A DNA stretch of 64,000 bases. Source: a virus. The stretch is taken from positions 35,986 through 99,985 of IMG/VR virus record IMGVR_UViG_3300045988_173642. One strand, given 5' to 3'. A model generated the notes under the pieces. It saw nothing but the letters and a program-made list of their open reading frames with translations. It was not told where the DNA came from and did no database searches. Position numbers and translations under genes: made by a program. Shown here one piece after another: positions 1 to 10,648 of this stretch (within the stretch, counting starts at the first letter, position 1; each line of letters begins with the position of its first letter).

Positions 1-414
1 GTTGGGGTTCGGGGATTTCGATTCCGGTAAAATTAAAAAATACGGCAAAATTTTTATATAGTATTAGGTGATTTCAGTGCATTTTTGGACTTTTAATAGA
101 CATGGAATACTGAAAGCCCACAAAATCAATTAGTTAGAAAAGTTCGTAAAATTGGACAAAGTCCAAACCAGAAATGGACCACAACGGACAGGAGAAAACA
201 AAAAAACGGGGCGCAACATCGCTGAAAGATGGCGGCCCGCTTCAAACGAAAGTGCGGCGTTGTTGCGAAATAGAACAAAATACGGGAAGGAGGCGGTTGA
301 CCAAGAATGCCGAAGCCGCTCATCATCAATGCTGCTGAACACAGAAAGAGCGGCAATGCCGCTCATAAGAGTGACACTGCCGCTCACATGGGTTACTGCT
401 GCTGCTCATAAGCG

Positions 415-3400
415 TCACGACTTGCCCTTCATGAATTTTGTTGCCTTGTTCATGCTGTCGTAGAGGTTGCCGTGGCCGAACATATCAATCTTGGCGGGGA
501 TTGGTTCGCTCAGGCGTTTCAAGAGCGCGTTTGCGGCCTGCAAAAGTGCGGCGTTGGCTGCAACATTGCTCGCCATCAAATCATCCGACAGAGAAACGCC
601 AGAGAGCTGAGTGGCGGAATCCGCCACATTGCCGCCGTCAAAGACACGGCGGACACTTCGCCCAGAATAATTGCGGTCGAAGTTGACAAGCGCCTTCAAC
701 AGTTGCGGACTATTCAGCATCATGGCGCGTGTCGTTTCGCGGCCGATAACGATTTCTGGTCCATTCTCGGCAACGAGCGAGGGTTGGCCGTTGATGATGG
801 TTGCCGTTGGCGTTGTCAGTAAGTTCACGCCGCCATGCCGCGCGTTGTCTTCCCGTGCCATGAAAATTTCTCCGGTGTCGGCCACGTATGGCCGCAATTC
901 TTGAACGTTTCCGGAATCGTAAGTCAGCATTCCGGACGTCACCTTGAATTTGTTGGAGTTGGTATCTGCGGCCTTATTGCCTCCAAAGGCACTCGACAAA
1001 GCACCCTTAGCCATCGACAGAAGACCTCCGAGCACTGCACTGATGACGGCAATAAGCGGAATGCCCCACCAACCGAGTTTACCGATAGTCTTGGCAGAAC
1101 CTTCAGCAATGCCAGCGGCCGTTCCGACACTGGCACTTGCAACAGAGGTGTTGGCGTCTTCGATGGCTTGCGCCTTCTTCGTGGCAGACAGTTCAACTTC
1201 TGACTCCGCCATCAACGTGTTGTAGAGCTTTGTCATCACGAACTGTGTGAGTTTTTGTTTTACATATTCGCCCGTGAGGTCGATGAAGGAATTTATCATG
1301 TCGCGCGTAGCTTGCTTTACCGATTTGCTCTCGTCGGTCAGTGCTTCGCCCAAGGCTGTGCCATATTGTTCAATTGGCTTATACCATTTTATCTGCGCTT
1401 CGGCCGTTGCCTTCGCTTTGGCTGCCACGGCATCCATCAAGGAACTATTGAGTTCTGCGACGCGCGCCGCAGCGGCCATGCGGTCTTCGTCGCTGCCTTT
1501 GTGGTCTTCAATAAAACGATAATACTCCTTCGCCTGGTTAAGTTTCAATTTCAGCAATTCAAGTTCAGGGTCGGTGCCCTTGCTCTGGCCCCACGGCAAA
1601 ACGATGTCAGCATTTGCGCCGAAAGAATAGCGACGAGCACTCTCCTTGTTTGTTTCCTCTTTCGCGTCGATAGCTGCCGTCCATTGTTTATTTTCGTCTG
1701 ACTTATTCCACCGATATTCATTCAATTTCTTTCGCTCTTGGTCATTCTTCTTCAGCGCAGCAGTATAATCTTCATCATACTTAATGAGCCGTTCGTAAAA
1801 CAGTTTCCAGGCCTCTGTGTCATCGCCGAGCGTCTGCTTAATGCGGTTGCCGAAACCATCTGCGTCATCGCCAAAAAGCAGATATATGAGCGAAAGACGG
1901 CCTTTCACGCTGCTCACATCTATCGAGAGCACCTTCACAATTTCGCGCCGTGCCTGCTCATACATGTCTAAAATCAAGTCCTTGCGCTTATTAAACGCCT
2001 GGCGGCCTGCTGCGTCGTCTTGATTCTCCAGCTCATTCAGATTGGCGAACCCGAAGCTATTAAACGCGCCATACGCTCCGCTCTTCACTGCATTCGTGAA
2101 GTCAAGTGAAAGAATCTCCTTCTGTCGCGCCTGTTGTTGCTGTGCCGCTAACGTCAAATTGTCTTTCGCATTCTTGGTAGCTTTTTTGAAAATTTCAGCC
2201 ATTACAGAGTGCAGAGGGATGCCGAGTTCCTGAGATAACTTGCCGATTTTCTTTCGCAAGGCTTCAACGTCATTATTCATAATGCTCTCCAGCAGTTCCT
2301 CAGAAAGATTCACCCCCGCAGCATCTTCCTGCTCCAACATCTGCTTCCTCAAAGATTGCTTTAGAGCCTCCCAAACGTTCGCCTTTCCGGCGATAGCCAA
2401 CCGAGCCTGCTCGAGAGCCTTGTTTTCCGCCGCCTTCAGTGGAGCAACATACAACGCCTGCTCCTCCTTGTCCATACCGCGAGCAATAGCTTCTTCGAGC
2501 TTAACATTGATTTGCCGCTCGAAAAAATTAGTAACATTATCCAACAAGGCGTTGGCGTCCGCCTGTGCCTGTTTTAATTCGTCGCGCCGCGACTTTATTC
2601 GTTCGCGACGTTCCCGTGCCAAACGCTTTTCCCTTTCTTCTTCTGTTTCTCCGTCAGACAAAGTACCGAGGTCGTCAATGGGAGGTTCGTAATTGCCAAT
2701 CCAGGGTTTGAAAACGGCATCGATTTCTGACATTGATTTGACAAGTCTATTGCCGCTATTACGATACCAATTAAGAGCCCTCCATAGTCCTGTATCGCCG
2801 TAAGTGATAATCCCAGGGATGCGTCCATTTGGACCATAGCTTACAATGTTATAATCTCCACCAACTTTCCAGTTTAAACCCTTTTCTAACTTACGACTTG
2901 TCGCTCCTTTTATGAATTTGCCAGACATTGGATGCTTTCCGCTATTTATGGCTTCTCGAACAAGCCCCAAATAGATGTCCCACACATTCTTTCCATCCTC
3001 AATGTCATCGATTATAGCGTCATAAGAATCCACCGAAAACCACGGGGTTTTCTGCAAATACCGACGAAGATTAATTGCAGCCCCCTGCTTGTCTCTACGT
3101 CTCTCCTCCCCTACTTCTTCTACCGCCTTCTGCTTGAAACGATAATAAGTTGCCTGGGAAATCGACGTCGACAACTTGTCATAATACTTACGCAAATCGT
3201 CAACAGTCTTGATTTCAATGCCGAGGTTTGTAAGATATTGTCGATATTCCGAATTGATGCGGCGAATGAGTTTCTGCTTATTTTCCTGCGACACGTTGGC
3301 ATCATCCAAGCGCTTTTTGTAGTGATTCAATTTGTCTTGAAGTTTTTCAACCTCCACTGCAGCATCTGTTAACGAGCTCTTCCAAGCATTTGCCTTGCGC

Positions 3401-6003
3401 TTGGCTTCTTCGGCTTCCTCCTGAGCCAATTTCTCGGCATTCACAAGCGACATAATCACTTCAACGGCTGTCATCACCAAAGCAATGAAAGCCCCCAGTG
3501 CATTGGCCTTGAACGCATTGTTGAATGCAGTTTGCGCGGCAGTGGCTGCGTTCGTTTCGGTAATCCAGAGGCGAACAAAAAGAGTCACCTGTTTAATGGC
3601 AACACCCATATTGCGAAACAGCGTCACACCACCGATCAAAGCACGAGCAACCAAGAAATTAATCAAAGAAGGAAGTAGATACACCAACGCTTTGATGTTG
3701 CCAACCACCAACGACAAAGCTCCGCTCAAAGTGCCACGGAACAATGGACTATTAAGCATTTCGTTGGACATGTCATACCACACTTGTGCCAACTGCTTAA
3801 CCATTTCAACACCTTCTGTTGACACAAACGCCTTCTCCCAAAGGTTATTGGCGCGATCAAGGATGCCAACAGCACTCGTCTGCTGCATCTCGTATTCATT
3901 TGTCACCGCTGTCGCTTCCTCAAAAGCCGTTTCTGCCTCATAGAGATGGTCTTTCAGCAGGTCAACGTTTTTCGACATTGTAATCATCGTCGTTATCAAG
4001 CGCTGACCATCCGAACCAAGGTCCTTAAAGATGTCGCCCAGCACGCTCATGTTGCCCTTGTCGCGCATCTTTTCGAGAACCATCACCATTGCTTCCGCAG
4101 TTTTCCGCGATTCAAACATCTTGGAAATGATGCCCTGCTGCAAACCAAGGTCGGTTTCTATCTCTTTATGATTACGTTGCAGCGACACGATAAATTTAGA
4201 AATGGCCGTGGCGCTAACTTCTGGCATAAGGAACAGCGCATCTGAGGCCGAGCCAAGAGCCAACAATTGGTCGGCCGTGATGCCAGCCGTGCGCGAGACA
4301 CCTGTCAATCGTTTAGCAAATTCAACGATATTACCACTCGTCGCAGTACTCGTTGCCGACAATTTAAACATAGCTGAACCCGTTGCAAGCATTGCTTTTT
4401 CGATGCCCATCTTCGGAATCAGTCCCATTGTCTCCACTAGTTTTGCCAATGAAGGCAAAGACTTTTCACCCATCTCTTCACCGATGGCCACGTTGATTTG
4501 GTCGGCAGCACGCACGAAACCAGCCAAACCTTCTGAACCATATTTACCCATGCCGAGCTTCGCACCTTCATAAGCCAGTTTTGCCAAGCCCTCCATGTTG
4601 GTGCGAGTTTCGATTTTCGCCAACGATGCCGAAAGTTTGTCAATTTCTCCTGCCGTGAGACCGCTGACCTTTCGGATGTCGGTCAGTGAGCTGGAATACT
4701 CAAAGTTCTTCTTAATGGCCGACGTAATGACACCTTGCAACATACCGAACACCTGAAAGAGGCCGACGTATGCCGTCAAGTTTTTCAACGCCGTTGACCA
4801 AGCACCGCCCTGCTTTTTTGCCGAGCCCGTCACCTTGTCGATGTCGGCTTTAATTCGCTGCATGTTTTTCTGCGTCTCTACAAACTTCTTACTGCGGATG
4901 TTCACCTGCTTTAGTTTCTCTTCCAATTGCTTGTAAGCCTGGCGCAGTTCTTCGAGCGATGCTTTCCCGTTTTTGCTGCGGGCAATAATATCGTTGAGTT
5001 GCGTCTGCGTCAGTCGCGTGCCCTTCAACGTCTGCTCCAACATCGCATACTGCTTGCGAAGGGCAGCAACGGCATTAGAGCCTGCCGGCAATTGCTGAAT
5101 TTTCTGTGCAATCACCTCCATCGTACGCTTGATGTCCTCACCAGATGCCTTGTTAGGCTCAGACAATACCTGACGCATCTGTTTCCAGCTAATGGTGGCT
5201 TCACGTGCCTTGCCAGACACCGCCTCCAGGCGCTCTTCCACCTGCGCCAACAACTCGTTGTATTTTTGGATGGCTTGCGTATCAGTCACCGACGTGTTGT
5301 CACGCGCCGATGTCAGTGTGGTGCGGGCTCTTCTTAAATCGGAAGCGGTTGTGTCTGGCGCCCCAAGAGCGGCGGCAGACGCATCTGCCTCGCTCATCTT
5401 CCCCTTACGGCGGTCTTCTTCCGCCTCCAACTGCTTCAACGTGGAGAGGTTCGACTGATACGAAGTATCCGTTTTCTGCAGCGAACCGACAAGGTCGCGC
5501 TGCTGTTTGATGGCCTTGTCGAGCCATTGGTCGGACTGAACGTATATGTTTTTCAACCCTTCCTCAATTTTCACATACTGACCTTCAATAAGTCGAATCT
5601 CGTCGCCCACCTGCTTCATCTTCTTACGAATTTCCTCAGCACGCTTCAAGTCCGCTTCCGACCCTGTGAGTTTCGCCAATTCCGCCTTTCCAGAACCAAG
5701 GGCCCGACGGAGGTCGCGAAGTTTCGTGTTGGTCAAATCCTCCACCACCTCACTAAGCCGCTTCGTATCGTTGATGTTGTCGCGCTGCACCTGAGACAGC
5801 GCCTTCAACGTGCTCTCTGCTTTCTTGCAGGCCGCAGAGTTGGCCTCACCGGCCGCCGTCATCTTCTGTATATCGGCGGTGTATTTCTCGACGAGTCGGT
5901 CAATCTCCTCCAACACCTGCTTGGCGGTTGCGGCATTGGCGGTGATGACCACTTTTGCTAATTTTTCTGTTGCCATGTCTATATAATATTGTTTTTGAAT
6001 CAT
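415..6003 (-). CDS. phage tail tape measure protein (1862 aa)
   Basis: Very long ORF with large charged coiled-coil stretches. The central block GSAMFKLSATSTATSGNIVEFAKRLTGVSRTAGITADQLLALGSASDALF resembles the TP901-type tape-measure core and is followed by hydrophobic segments. Two small co-oriented ORFs precede it, as in tail modules. Confidence 0.85.
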   Translation of the reverse strand: MIQKQYYIDMATEKLAKVVITANAATAKQVLEEIDRLVEKYTADIQKMTAAGEANSAACKKAESTLKALSQVQRDNINDTKRLSEVVEDLTNTKLRDLRRALGSGKAELAKLTGSEADLKRAEEIRKKMKQVGDEIRLIEGQYVKIEEGLKNIYVQSDQWLDKAIKQQRDLVGSLQKTDTSYQSNLSTLKQLEAEEDRRKGKMSEADASAAALGAPDTTASDLRRARTTLTSARDNTSVTDTQAIQKYNELLAQVEERLEAVSGKAREATISWKQMRQVLSEPNKASGEDIKRTMEVIAQKIQQLPAGSNAVAALRKQYAMLEQTLKGTRLTQTQLNDIIARSKNGKASLEELRQAYKQLEEKLKQVNIRSKKFVETQKNMQRIKADIDKVTGSAKKQGGAWSTALKNLTAYVGLFQVFGMLQGVITSAIKKNFEYSSSLTDIRKVSGLTAGEIDKLSASLAKIETRTNMEGLAKLAYEGAKLGMGKYGSEGLAGFVRAADQINVAIGEEMGEKSLPSLAKLVETMGLIPKMGIEKAMLATGSAMFKLSATSTATSGNIVEFAKRLTGVSRTAGITADQLLALGSASDALFLMPEVSATAISKFIVSLQRNHKEIETDLGLQQGIISKMFESRKTAEAMVMVLEKMRDKGNMSVLGDIFKDLGSDGQRLITTMITMSKNVDLLKDHLYEAETAFEEATAVTNEYEMQQTSAVGILDRANNLWEKAFVSTEGVEMVKQLAQVWYDMSNEMLNSPLFRGTLSGALSLVVGNIKALVYLLPSLINFLVARALIGGVTLFRNMGVAIKQVTLFVRLWITETNAATAAQTAFNNAFKANALGAFIALVMTAVEVIMSLVNAEKLAQEEAEEAKRKANAWKSSLTDAAVEVEKLQDKLNHYKKRLDDANVSQENKQKLIRRINSEYRQYLTNLGIEIKTVDDLRKYYDKLSTSISQATYYRFKQKAVEEVGEERRRDKQGAAINLRRYLQKTPWFSVDSYDAIIDDIEDGKNVWDIYLGLVREAINSGKHPMSGKFIKGATSRKLEKGLNWKVGGDYNIVSYGPNGRIPGIITYGDTGLWRALNWYRNSGNRLVKSMSEIDAVFKPWIGNYEPPIDDLGTLSDGETEEEREKRLARERRERIKSRRDELKQAQADANALLDNVTNFFERQINVKLEEAIARGMDKEEQALYVAPLKAAENKALEQARLAIAGKANVWEALKQSLRKQMLEQEDAAGVNLSEELLESIMNNDVEALRKKIGKLSQELGIPLHSVMAEIFKKATKNAKDNLTLAAQQQQARQKEILSLDFTNAVKSGAYGAFNSFGFANLNELENQDDAAGRQAFNKRKDLILDMYEQARREIVKVLSIDVSSVKGRLSLIYLLFGDDADGFGNRIKQTLGDDTEAWKLFYERLIKYDEDYTAALKKNDQERKKLNEYRWNKSDENKQWTAAIDAKEETNKESARRYSFGANADIVLPWGQSKGTDPELELLKLKLNQAKEYYRFIEDHKGSDEDRMAAAARVAELNSSLMDAVAAKAKATAEAQIKWYKPIEQYGTALGEALTDESKSVKQATRDMINSFIDLTGEYVKQKLTQFVMTKLYNTLMAESEVELSATKKAQAIEDANTSVASASVGTAAGIAEGSAKTIGKLGWWGIPLIAVISAVLGGLLSMAKGALSSAFGGNKAADTNSNKFKVTSGMLTYDSGNVQELRPYVADTGEIFMAREDNARHGGVNLLTTPTATIINGQPSLVAENGPEIVIGRETTRAMMLNSPQLLKALVNFDRNYSGRSVRRVFDGGNVADSATQLSGVSLSDDLMASNVAANAALLQAANALLKRLSEPIPAKIDMFGHGNLYDSMNKATKFMKGKS

Positions 6004-6530
6004 TAGAGCGGAATGTGAATCTCTGAATCCTCAAAGGCCTTGATGAGCGCCGTTTCGCCACGGAATCCGTAAAAATCCACGAGGTAATTCTGCATGCGCG
6101 ATTGTAAATGGCGCAACTCCATCATAATGGCTGGACGTTGAGAGCGGCCTGCGCCAGTACGCTGCCAAGACTTAACATATCGGCGAGCATAATTCGCCTT
6201 TCGCGCACTGTCGACGTCGTCGTATTTAGTTCCGAGACCAACGCCCATATCAACGAAGCGCATGTAGTCGTTAAACGTGAACTCATAAGTCCAATTCTCT
6301 AGCGTGTCACTCACTATTCTTCCACGGAATGAATTAACACCAACGCCTTCGGCATGCCACTGCCCACGGGCGGCACGGGCGGCATTCACAGCCATGAAGC
6401 CACTGTAGATTTCTTTCGGATAGATGCACTGCGTCTGCGTATTGATTTTCAACTGACGCAACACATCGCCAAGATACCATCTGGCGGTGTCTTTAAACTC
6501 AAAGGCCGGGTCTTGAATCGGTTTTGCCAT
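6003..6530 (-). CDS. hypothetical protein, tail module (in the position of a tail assembly chaperone)
   Basis: 175-aa ORF whose stop overlaps the tape-measure start by 1 nt. No motif recognised; the functional hint is positional only. Confidence 0.6.
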   Translation of the reverse strand: MAKPIQDPAFEFKDTARWYLGDVLRQLKINTQTQCIYPKEIYSGFMAVNAARAARGQWHAEGVGVNSFRGRIVSDTLENWTYEFTFNDYMRFVDMGVGLGTKYDDVDSARKANYARRYVKSWQRTGAGRSQRPAIMMELRHLQSRMQNYLVDFYGFRGETALIKAFEDSEIHIPL

Positions 6531-6535
6531 AATGA

Positions 6536-7132
6536 CTATTTTTTAGTTGTTTCACCCTCTGTTGGTAGAATATAATTCCCATTCATTCCGCAAGCAAAAG
6601 CATAGAGCGGCTTGAACGTCTTCCAGTCAACGCCAGCCACCAACCATTGCCCCGTGTAGATTTCTGGCATGATGCCGAATGAGAACGATGCGGGGTCGAT
6701 GCTGCGCACCTCTACCATGAGTTGCGCGTCTTCCGCAAACTTTCGCCCTGTGACGGGACAAACGCCCGTGCGCTTCACTTCCATCAACCAGGAGATGAGT
6801 TGCAAGCAATGTTGCGTGAGGTCGTCGGTGGCCCGCTCTAATTGCGTGCCATTGAAACGGCCCAACGTCTGCGAGGAGTCTTTCAATTTGGATAAGAACC
6901 AAACTTGGTGCGACACCTCGGCCTTGCGTGCGTCTACAAGTTCACCCGTCGTGACCACGCTTTGCAACATACAAGGCGAATGAAGAATGTTAGCATTACG
7001 GGAAAACGTATTTTCAAGGTCGATATAGCGGATGCGGAAGAAACGTTGGTCTTCCAGGCGCTCGCTCTCTGGATTGTGTGACAAAGGCTTGTAGATACTC
7101 GCCCAATGTTCAAGAATATTGCTGATTGTCAT
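6536..7132 (-). CDS. hypothetical protein, tail module
   Basis: 198-aa ORF, 5 nt upstream of the next gene and first gene after an AT-rich repeat island. No motif recognised. Confidence 0.6.
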   Translation of the reverse strand: MTISNILEHWASIYKPLSHNPESERLEDQRFFRIRYIDLENTFSRNANILHSPCMLQSVVTTGELVDARKAEVSHQVWFLSKLKDSSQTLGRFNGTQLERATDDLTQHCLQLISWLMEVKRTGVCPVTGRKFAEDAQLMVEVRSIDPASFSFGIMPEIYTGQWLVAGVDWKTFKPLYAFACGMNGNYILPTEGETTKK

Positions 7133-7290
7133 GATGATTAATTTGGTTGCGTGTCGTTGAAAACAAACGAATGAAAGAATGGATATTTGAATAAACGATT
7201 AAACAAACAAACATTTGAACAGACAAACGTTTATACGAATGAATGTTTGAATAATTGTTGGTTTATATCATTTTTCAGCATCTTCGTGGC
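7133..7290. repeat. AT-rich island built from CAAACGAA / GAATGTTTG words
   Basis: Contains gttgaaaacaaacgaatg, aaacaaacaaacatttgaac, gacaaacgttt and acgaatgaatgtttgaataa. The same words recur at 33695-34031 and 49440-49570. Confidence 0.6.
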
Positions 7291-7863
7291 CTACTCTCCT
7301 GCCTTTTCCTCTGCTTTTTCATCCATCATCTTTTCATCCTTGGCTGATTCATTCTTTTGGTTTTCGTCTTCTTTATTGCCCTCTATCAGTTCTTTCAACT
7401 TCATATTGAAATGACGTTCCGTCTTATCTGCCACGATTTTCTGCATCACTCGCGCCCATGCCGCCCCGTTGCAAGTGCTCTCGTTTTCGAGGATGGAAAC
7501 AAACTGTACGGCGCAATAAACGGCAGCGAGGTAGTTGGCAAGGTGCAGCTTGTCCATATAGCCAAACAAGCCATCGTCAATGGCCGTTGCCAAAAAGATG
7601 GCCATTATAAGCACGGAGAAGTCCTGCACCATTTTGGCCATTTTCTTCGACCTCAGTTTGCCATCCATTTTACATTTTGGATTTTTCTTGATTTGCTCTC
7701 GGAAGCGGGAATAGATGCGACGGTTGCAGCGCCATGCCGTGTAGCAATCGAGTACGAGGGCGAAGAAGCACACGGCAATGAAATTAAAACTCGGTTCGAT
7801 GTAGCACCACACCACACTGATGATGCTGGCCACTACGCGGGCAAGGGAAAAGGTTGTGTTCAT
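7291..7863 (-). CDS. holin-like membrane protein
   Basis: 190 aa with about four hydrophobic helices (VVASIISVVWCYI, FIAVCFFALVLDCY, FSVLIMAIFLATAI, LAAVYCAVQFVSILENES). The SILEN segment and the acidic C-terminal tail resemble the holin 4_1-type family. Confidence 0.5.
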   Translation of the reverse strand: MNTTFSLARVVASIISVVWCYIEPSFNFIAVCFFALVLDCYTAWRCNRRIYSRFREQIKKNPKCKMDGKLRSKKMAKMVQDFSVLIMAIFLATAIDDGLFGYMDKLHLANYLAAVYCAVQFVSILENESTCNGAAWARVMQKIVADKTERHFNMKLKELIEGNKEDENQKNESAKDEKMMDEKAEEKAGE

Positions 7864-7961
7864 ATTTTTTTATGTTTTTGTGTTTGACAAAGCAAAAATA
7901 GGGAACAAGCATGAGATATATCGGACATCCATCCATTGCCGCAATGTCCTGACGGTGCAAG

Positions 7962-8771
7962 ATGAAAATACTAACTTTACGACAAAACCAACAAAAAACG
8001 AACATGTCAGGATTAACCAACAATACGCTGGCCCGCATTGATAAATGGCTAAGCTACGGGACGAGCATCGAAGCTGCCTTTCCAAAGTTAGAACAACGCT
8101 ATCGCATGCAGGTCTGTTCAGAATTTTACAAACGCTGGGTTCAAAACCGCGACATCGACCCGCGCACCGTGTGTCGCAACATTTCCCGGCGCGACTATGA
8201 AATGTTTTTCAATCAAGCCGCGCAGGGCAATGCAGAAGCGCAGGCCTACGTGCTTGCACTAAAAATCACGCTCGATGACGAGGGAAATATCTGTCCGCGC
8301 ACCGTCACGGAGCTCAACAACGACATCATGGTGTGCAACCATCTCATCCGCTTCTTCCAAACGGATGAGAGTCCGCGCCACAAGGCCATGTTCCTCGGTT
8401 CGGCAGAATGGCTCATCCGAACGGGCAAACAACAAAATAACGACCGCGCCGTGGCAAAGGGCATGGAGGCCCTGGCAAAGGTTTACAAGGATTTCGACGA
8501 AGAACGCGACGCGACGGACGAGATGCCCGACATGAGCCGCATTGCCATCACGCAAGACGTGAGCATCGTGAAACGCGATCGTGTCAACTATACCGAAGAA
8601 GAAAAACTGCGCATGGCACGCAAATATGGTCTTACGACTAAAGACCTCCAAGAGATTGAAGATGAAGAGCTACTCAGCGGGGGAAAGAATGGGAAAAAGC
8701 CAGATTATTTTGAATATTTGGAGATGGAGAACGAGGAAGGAAAAGCGGAAACTAAAGAAGCCAATTTTTAA
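7962..8771 (+). CDS. hypothetical protein (first gene of the plus-strand packaging/modification operon)
   Basis: 269-aa ORF with an acidic C-terminus; an alternative start is M15 at 8004. It could be a small terminase by position only, and no motif supports that. Confidence 0.55.
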   Translation: MKILTLRQNQQKTNMSGLTNNTLARIDKWLSYGTSIEAAFPKLEQRYRMQVCSEFYKRWVQNRDIDPRTVCRNISRRDYEMFFNQAAQGNAEAQAYVLALKITLDDEGNICPRTVTELNNDIMVCNHLIRFFQTDESPRHKAMFLGSAEWLIRTGKQQNNDRAVAKGMEALAKVYKDFDEERDATDEMPDMSRIAITQDVSIVKRDRVNYTEEEKLRMARKYGLTTKDLQEIEDEELLSGGKNGKKPDYFEYLEMENEEGKAETKEANF

Positions 8772-8906
8772 AACAATGTGCCGACACTTTGCATCAAAAC
8801 GTTTAGCCATTAAAAAGCGAATGTTCGAACCTTTTCATCAAAAAATTTGAACTTCAATAAAAACATACCATTGATGGCTTAAAAAAAGTAACAAATCAAC
8901 AGAGGA

Positions 8907-10055
8907 ATGAACATAAACATTACGCTTCCAGAAGCCTTAGACCGCGCTTCGGAACGACTACGAAAGAAGATGCTCCACTCGGTGGAACTATTGCAAAAGG
9001 CAGAGAAAATTGCGCTTAGCTATGATACTGAGCAAGGTTATTATTTAGCCTTCAGCGGCGGCAAGGATTCGCAGGCGCTTTACCACATAGCGCAATTAGC
9101 AGGCGTGAAGTTCCGGGGACACATGAACCTCACGAGCGTTGACCCTCCGGAGGTGATACGTTTCGTTAAGCTAAACTATCCAGAAGTAGAACTTATCAAG
9201 CCCAAGAAATCCATCTTTCAAATTGCGATTGAACGGCAGTACCTTCCGACGATGAGAGCTCGTTGGTGTTGCGAAGAATACAAAGAGAAGGCAGGATCGG
9301 GCAAAGTGACGCTTATCGGCATCCGCAAAGCAGAGAGCGCACGGCGGGCGAAACGCAACGAGGTTGAAATCAGTAGTCGGAAATTCAGCGGCGACCTTGA
9401 AGCGCTGGAGGCCTACAGGCAGGAACAACGCGCAAAACGCGCACGGCTACAGTCAAAGAAAAAGGGCGTTAACATCACAAATGCCGACAAAGAAACAACC
9501 CTTGGTTGCATCCACGGCAAAGAGAGTTTGCTCATCTCGCCCATCATCCACTGGGCGGAACAAGATGTATGGGAATTTCTCAACGACGTGGTGAGCGTGT
9601 CACATTGCGCGCTATACGATGAAGGTTGGCACCGCATCGGCTGCATAGGTTGTCCGATGAGTTCGTACAAGCAGAAAACACTGGAAAACGAACGCTACCC
9701 ACACGTGAAACGCGGTTGGCTTCGGGCCATCAAAAGAATCCGTGATGTGGGGGGACTTCAAAAGAGAATATATCTGGTGGAACATCCGTTCGAACTGGAT
9801 GCCGATGCAAAACGTCGGCAGATTGCTCCGAACGCAGGCGGCTACATCAAGCATCCAGCCCCGGAACACAGGATGGGAAAAACGTTCGGGTTTTCATCTT
9901 GCTCATCTTCTGACCGCTTGAACGATGAGCAAGAAAACGAAATAGCGGAGAACATCTACGACTGGTGGATTTCGGGAAAATCATACAAACGATGGTATGC
10001 TGAGAAATTCCAACAGATGAAATTGGATTTTAAAGAGGAAACTAACAATGGCTAA
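8907..10055 (+). CDS. PAPS reductase / PP-loop ATP-pyrophosphatase family protein (IbrA/DndC-like)
   Basis: PP-loop motif YYLAFSGGKDSQALYH, a conserved cysteine segment RARWCCEEYKE, and C-terminal GCIGCPMSS. 382 aa. Confidence 0.8.
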   Translation: MNINITLPEALDRASERLRKKMLHSVELLQKAEKIALSYDTEQGYYLAFSGGKDSQALYHIAQLAGVKFRGHMNLTSVDPPEVIRFVKLNYPEVELIKPKKSIFQIAIERQYLPTMRARWCCEEYKEKAGSGKVTLIGIRKAESARRAKRNEVEISSRKFSGDLEALEAYRQEQRAKRARLQSKKKGVNITNADKETTLGCIHGKESLLISPIIHWAEQDVWEFLNDVVSVSHCALYDEGWHRIGCIGCPMSSYKQKTLENERYPHVKRGWLRAIKRIRDVGGLQKRIYLVEHPFELDADAKRRQIAPNAGGYIKHPAPEHRMGKTFGFSSCSSSDRLNDEQENEIAENIYDWWISGKSYKRWYAEKFQQMKLDFKEETNNG

Positions 10056-10641
10056 AGACTGGACGGGCGGCACGGCTTCCGTGTTCAAAACATTAGGAGC
10101 GAGCAACCACAAAGACGGGGAACGCCAACGAGAAGATTATTATGCCACAGAGCCGAAAGCAACAGAATGGCTCTGTCGGTTGGAGCAGTTCGAGGGCAGG
10201 ATATTAGAACCTTCGTGCGGCGAAGGGCATATCAGCGAGGTGCTGAAGACGGCCGGATATGAAGTGGTGAGCCGAGACCTGATAGATAGAGGCTACGGCG
10301 AGGTGGCGGATTTTCTTGCCATTGACAATCTGGCATGGGATGGCAACATCGTGACCAACCCGCCATACCGATATGCACAGGAGTTTGTGGAGAAGGCACT
10401 CAGCATCATTCAAGAAGGCAAGAAGGTGGCGATGTTTCTCAAACTGACGTTCCTCGAAGGCAAAGCCCGTCGCCATCTTTTCCGTACTACCCCACCCATT
10501 CGGGTATGGTGCAGCTCGTCACGACTGAAATGCGCCATGAACGGTGATTTCTCGTCGATGGATAGCAGCGCGCAAGCCTACGCCTGGTTTATTTGGGAGA
10601 AAGGATATAAGGGTGAGACCGTGGTGAAATGGTTTAACTGA
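10048..10641 (+). CDS. N6-adenine DNA methyltransferase (small, NPPY type)
   Basis: SAM-binding-like EPSCGEGHI and catalytic IVTNPPYRY. The start overlaps the upstream stop by 8 nt. Confidence 0.8.
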   Translation: MAKDWTGGTASVFKTLGASNHKDGERQREDYYATEPKATEWLCRLEQFEGRILEPSCGEGHISEVLKTAGYEVVSRDLIDRGYGEVADFLAIDNLAWDGNIVTNPPYRYAQEFVEKALSIIQEGKKVAMFLKLTFLEGKARRHLFRTTPPIRVWCSSSRLKCAMNGDFSSMDSSAQAYAWFIWEKGYKGETVVKWFN

Positions 10642-10648
10642 CAAGACA

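Noticed and set aside
126-463. Three mutually overlapping ORFs downstream of the tape-measure gene (126..356 -, 130..387 -, 152..463 +)
   Set aside because: I could not decide between the frames and none has a recognisable motif. The region also contains GCCGCTCAYA repeats. A small gene after the tape measure is plausible but unsupported.
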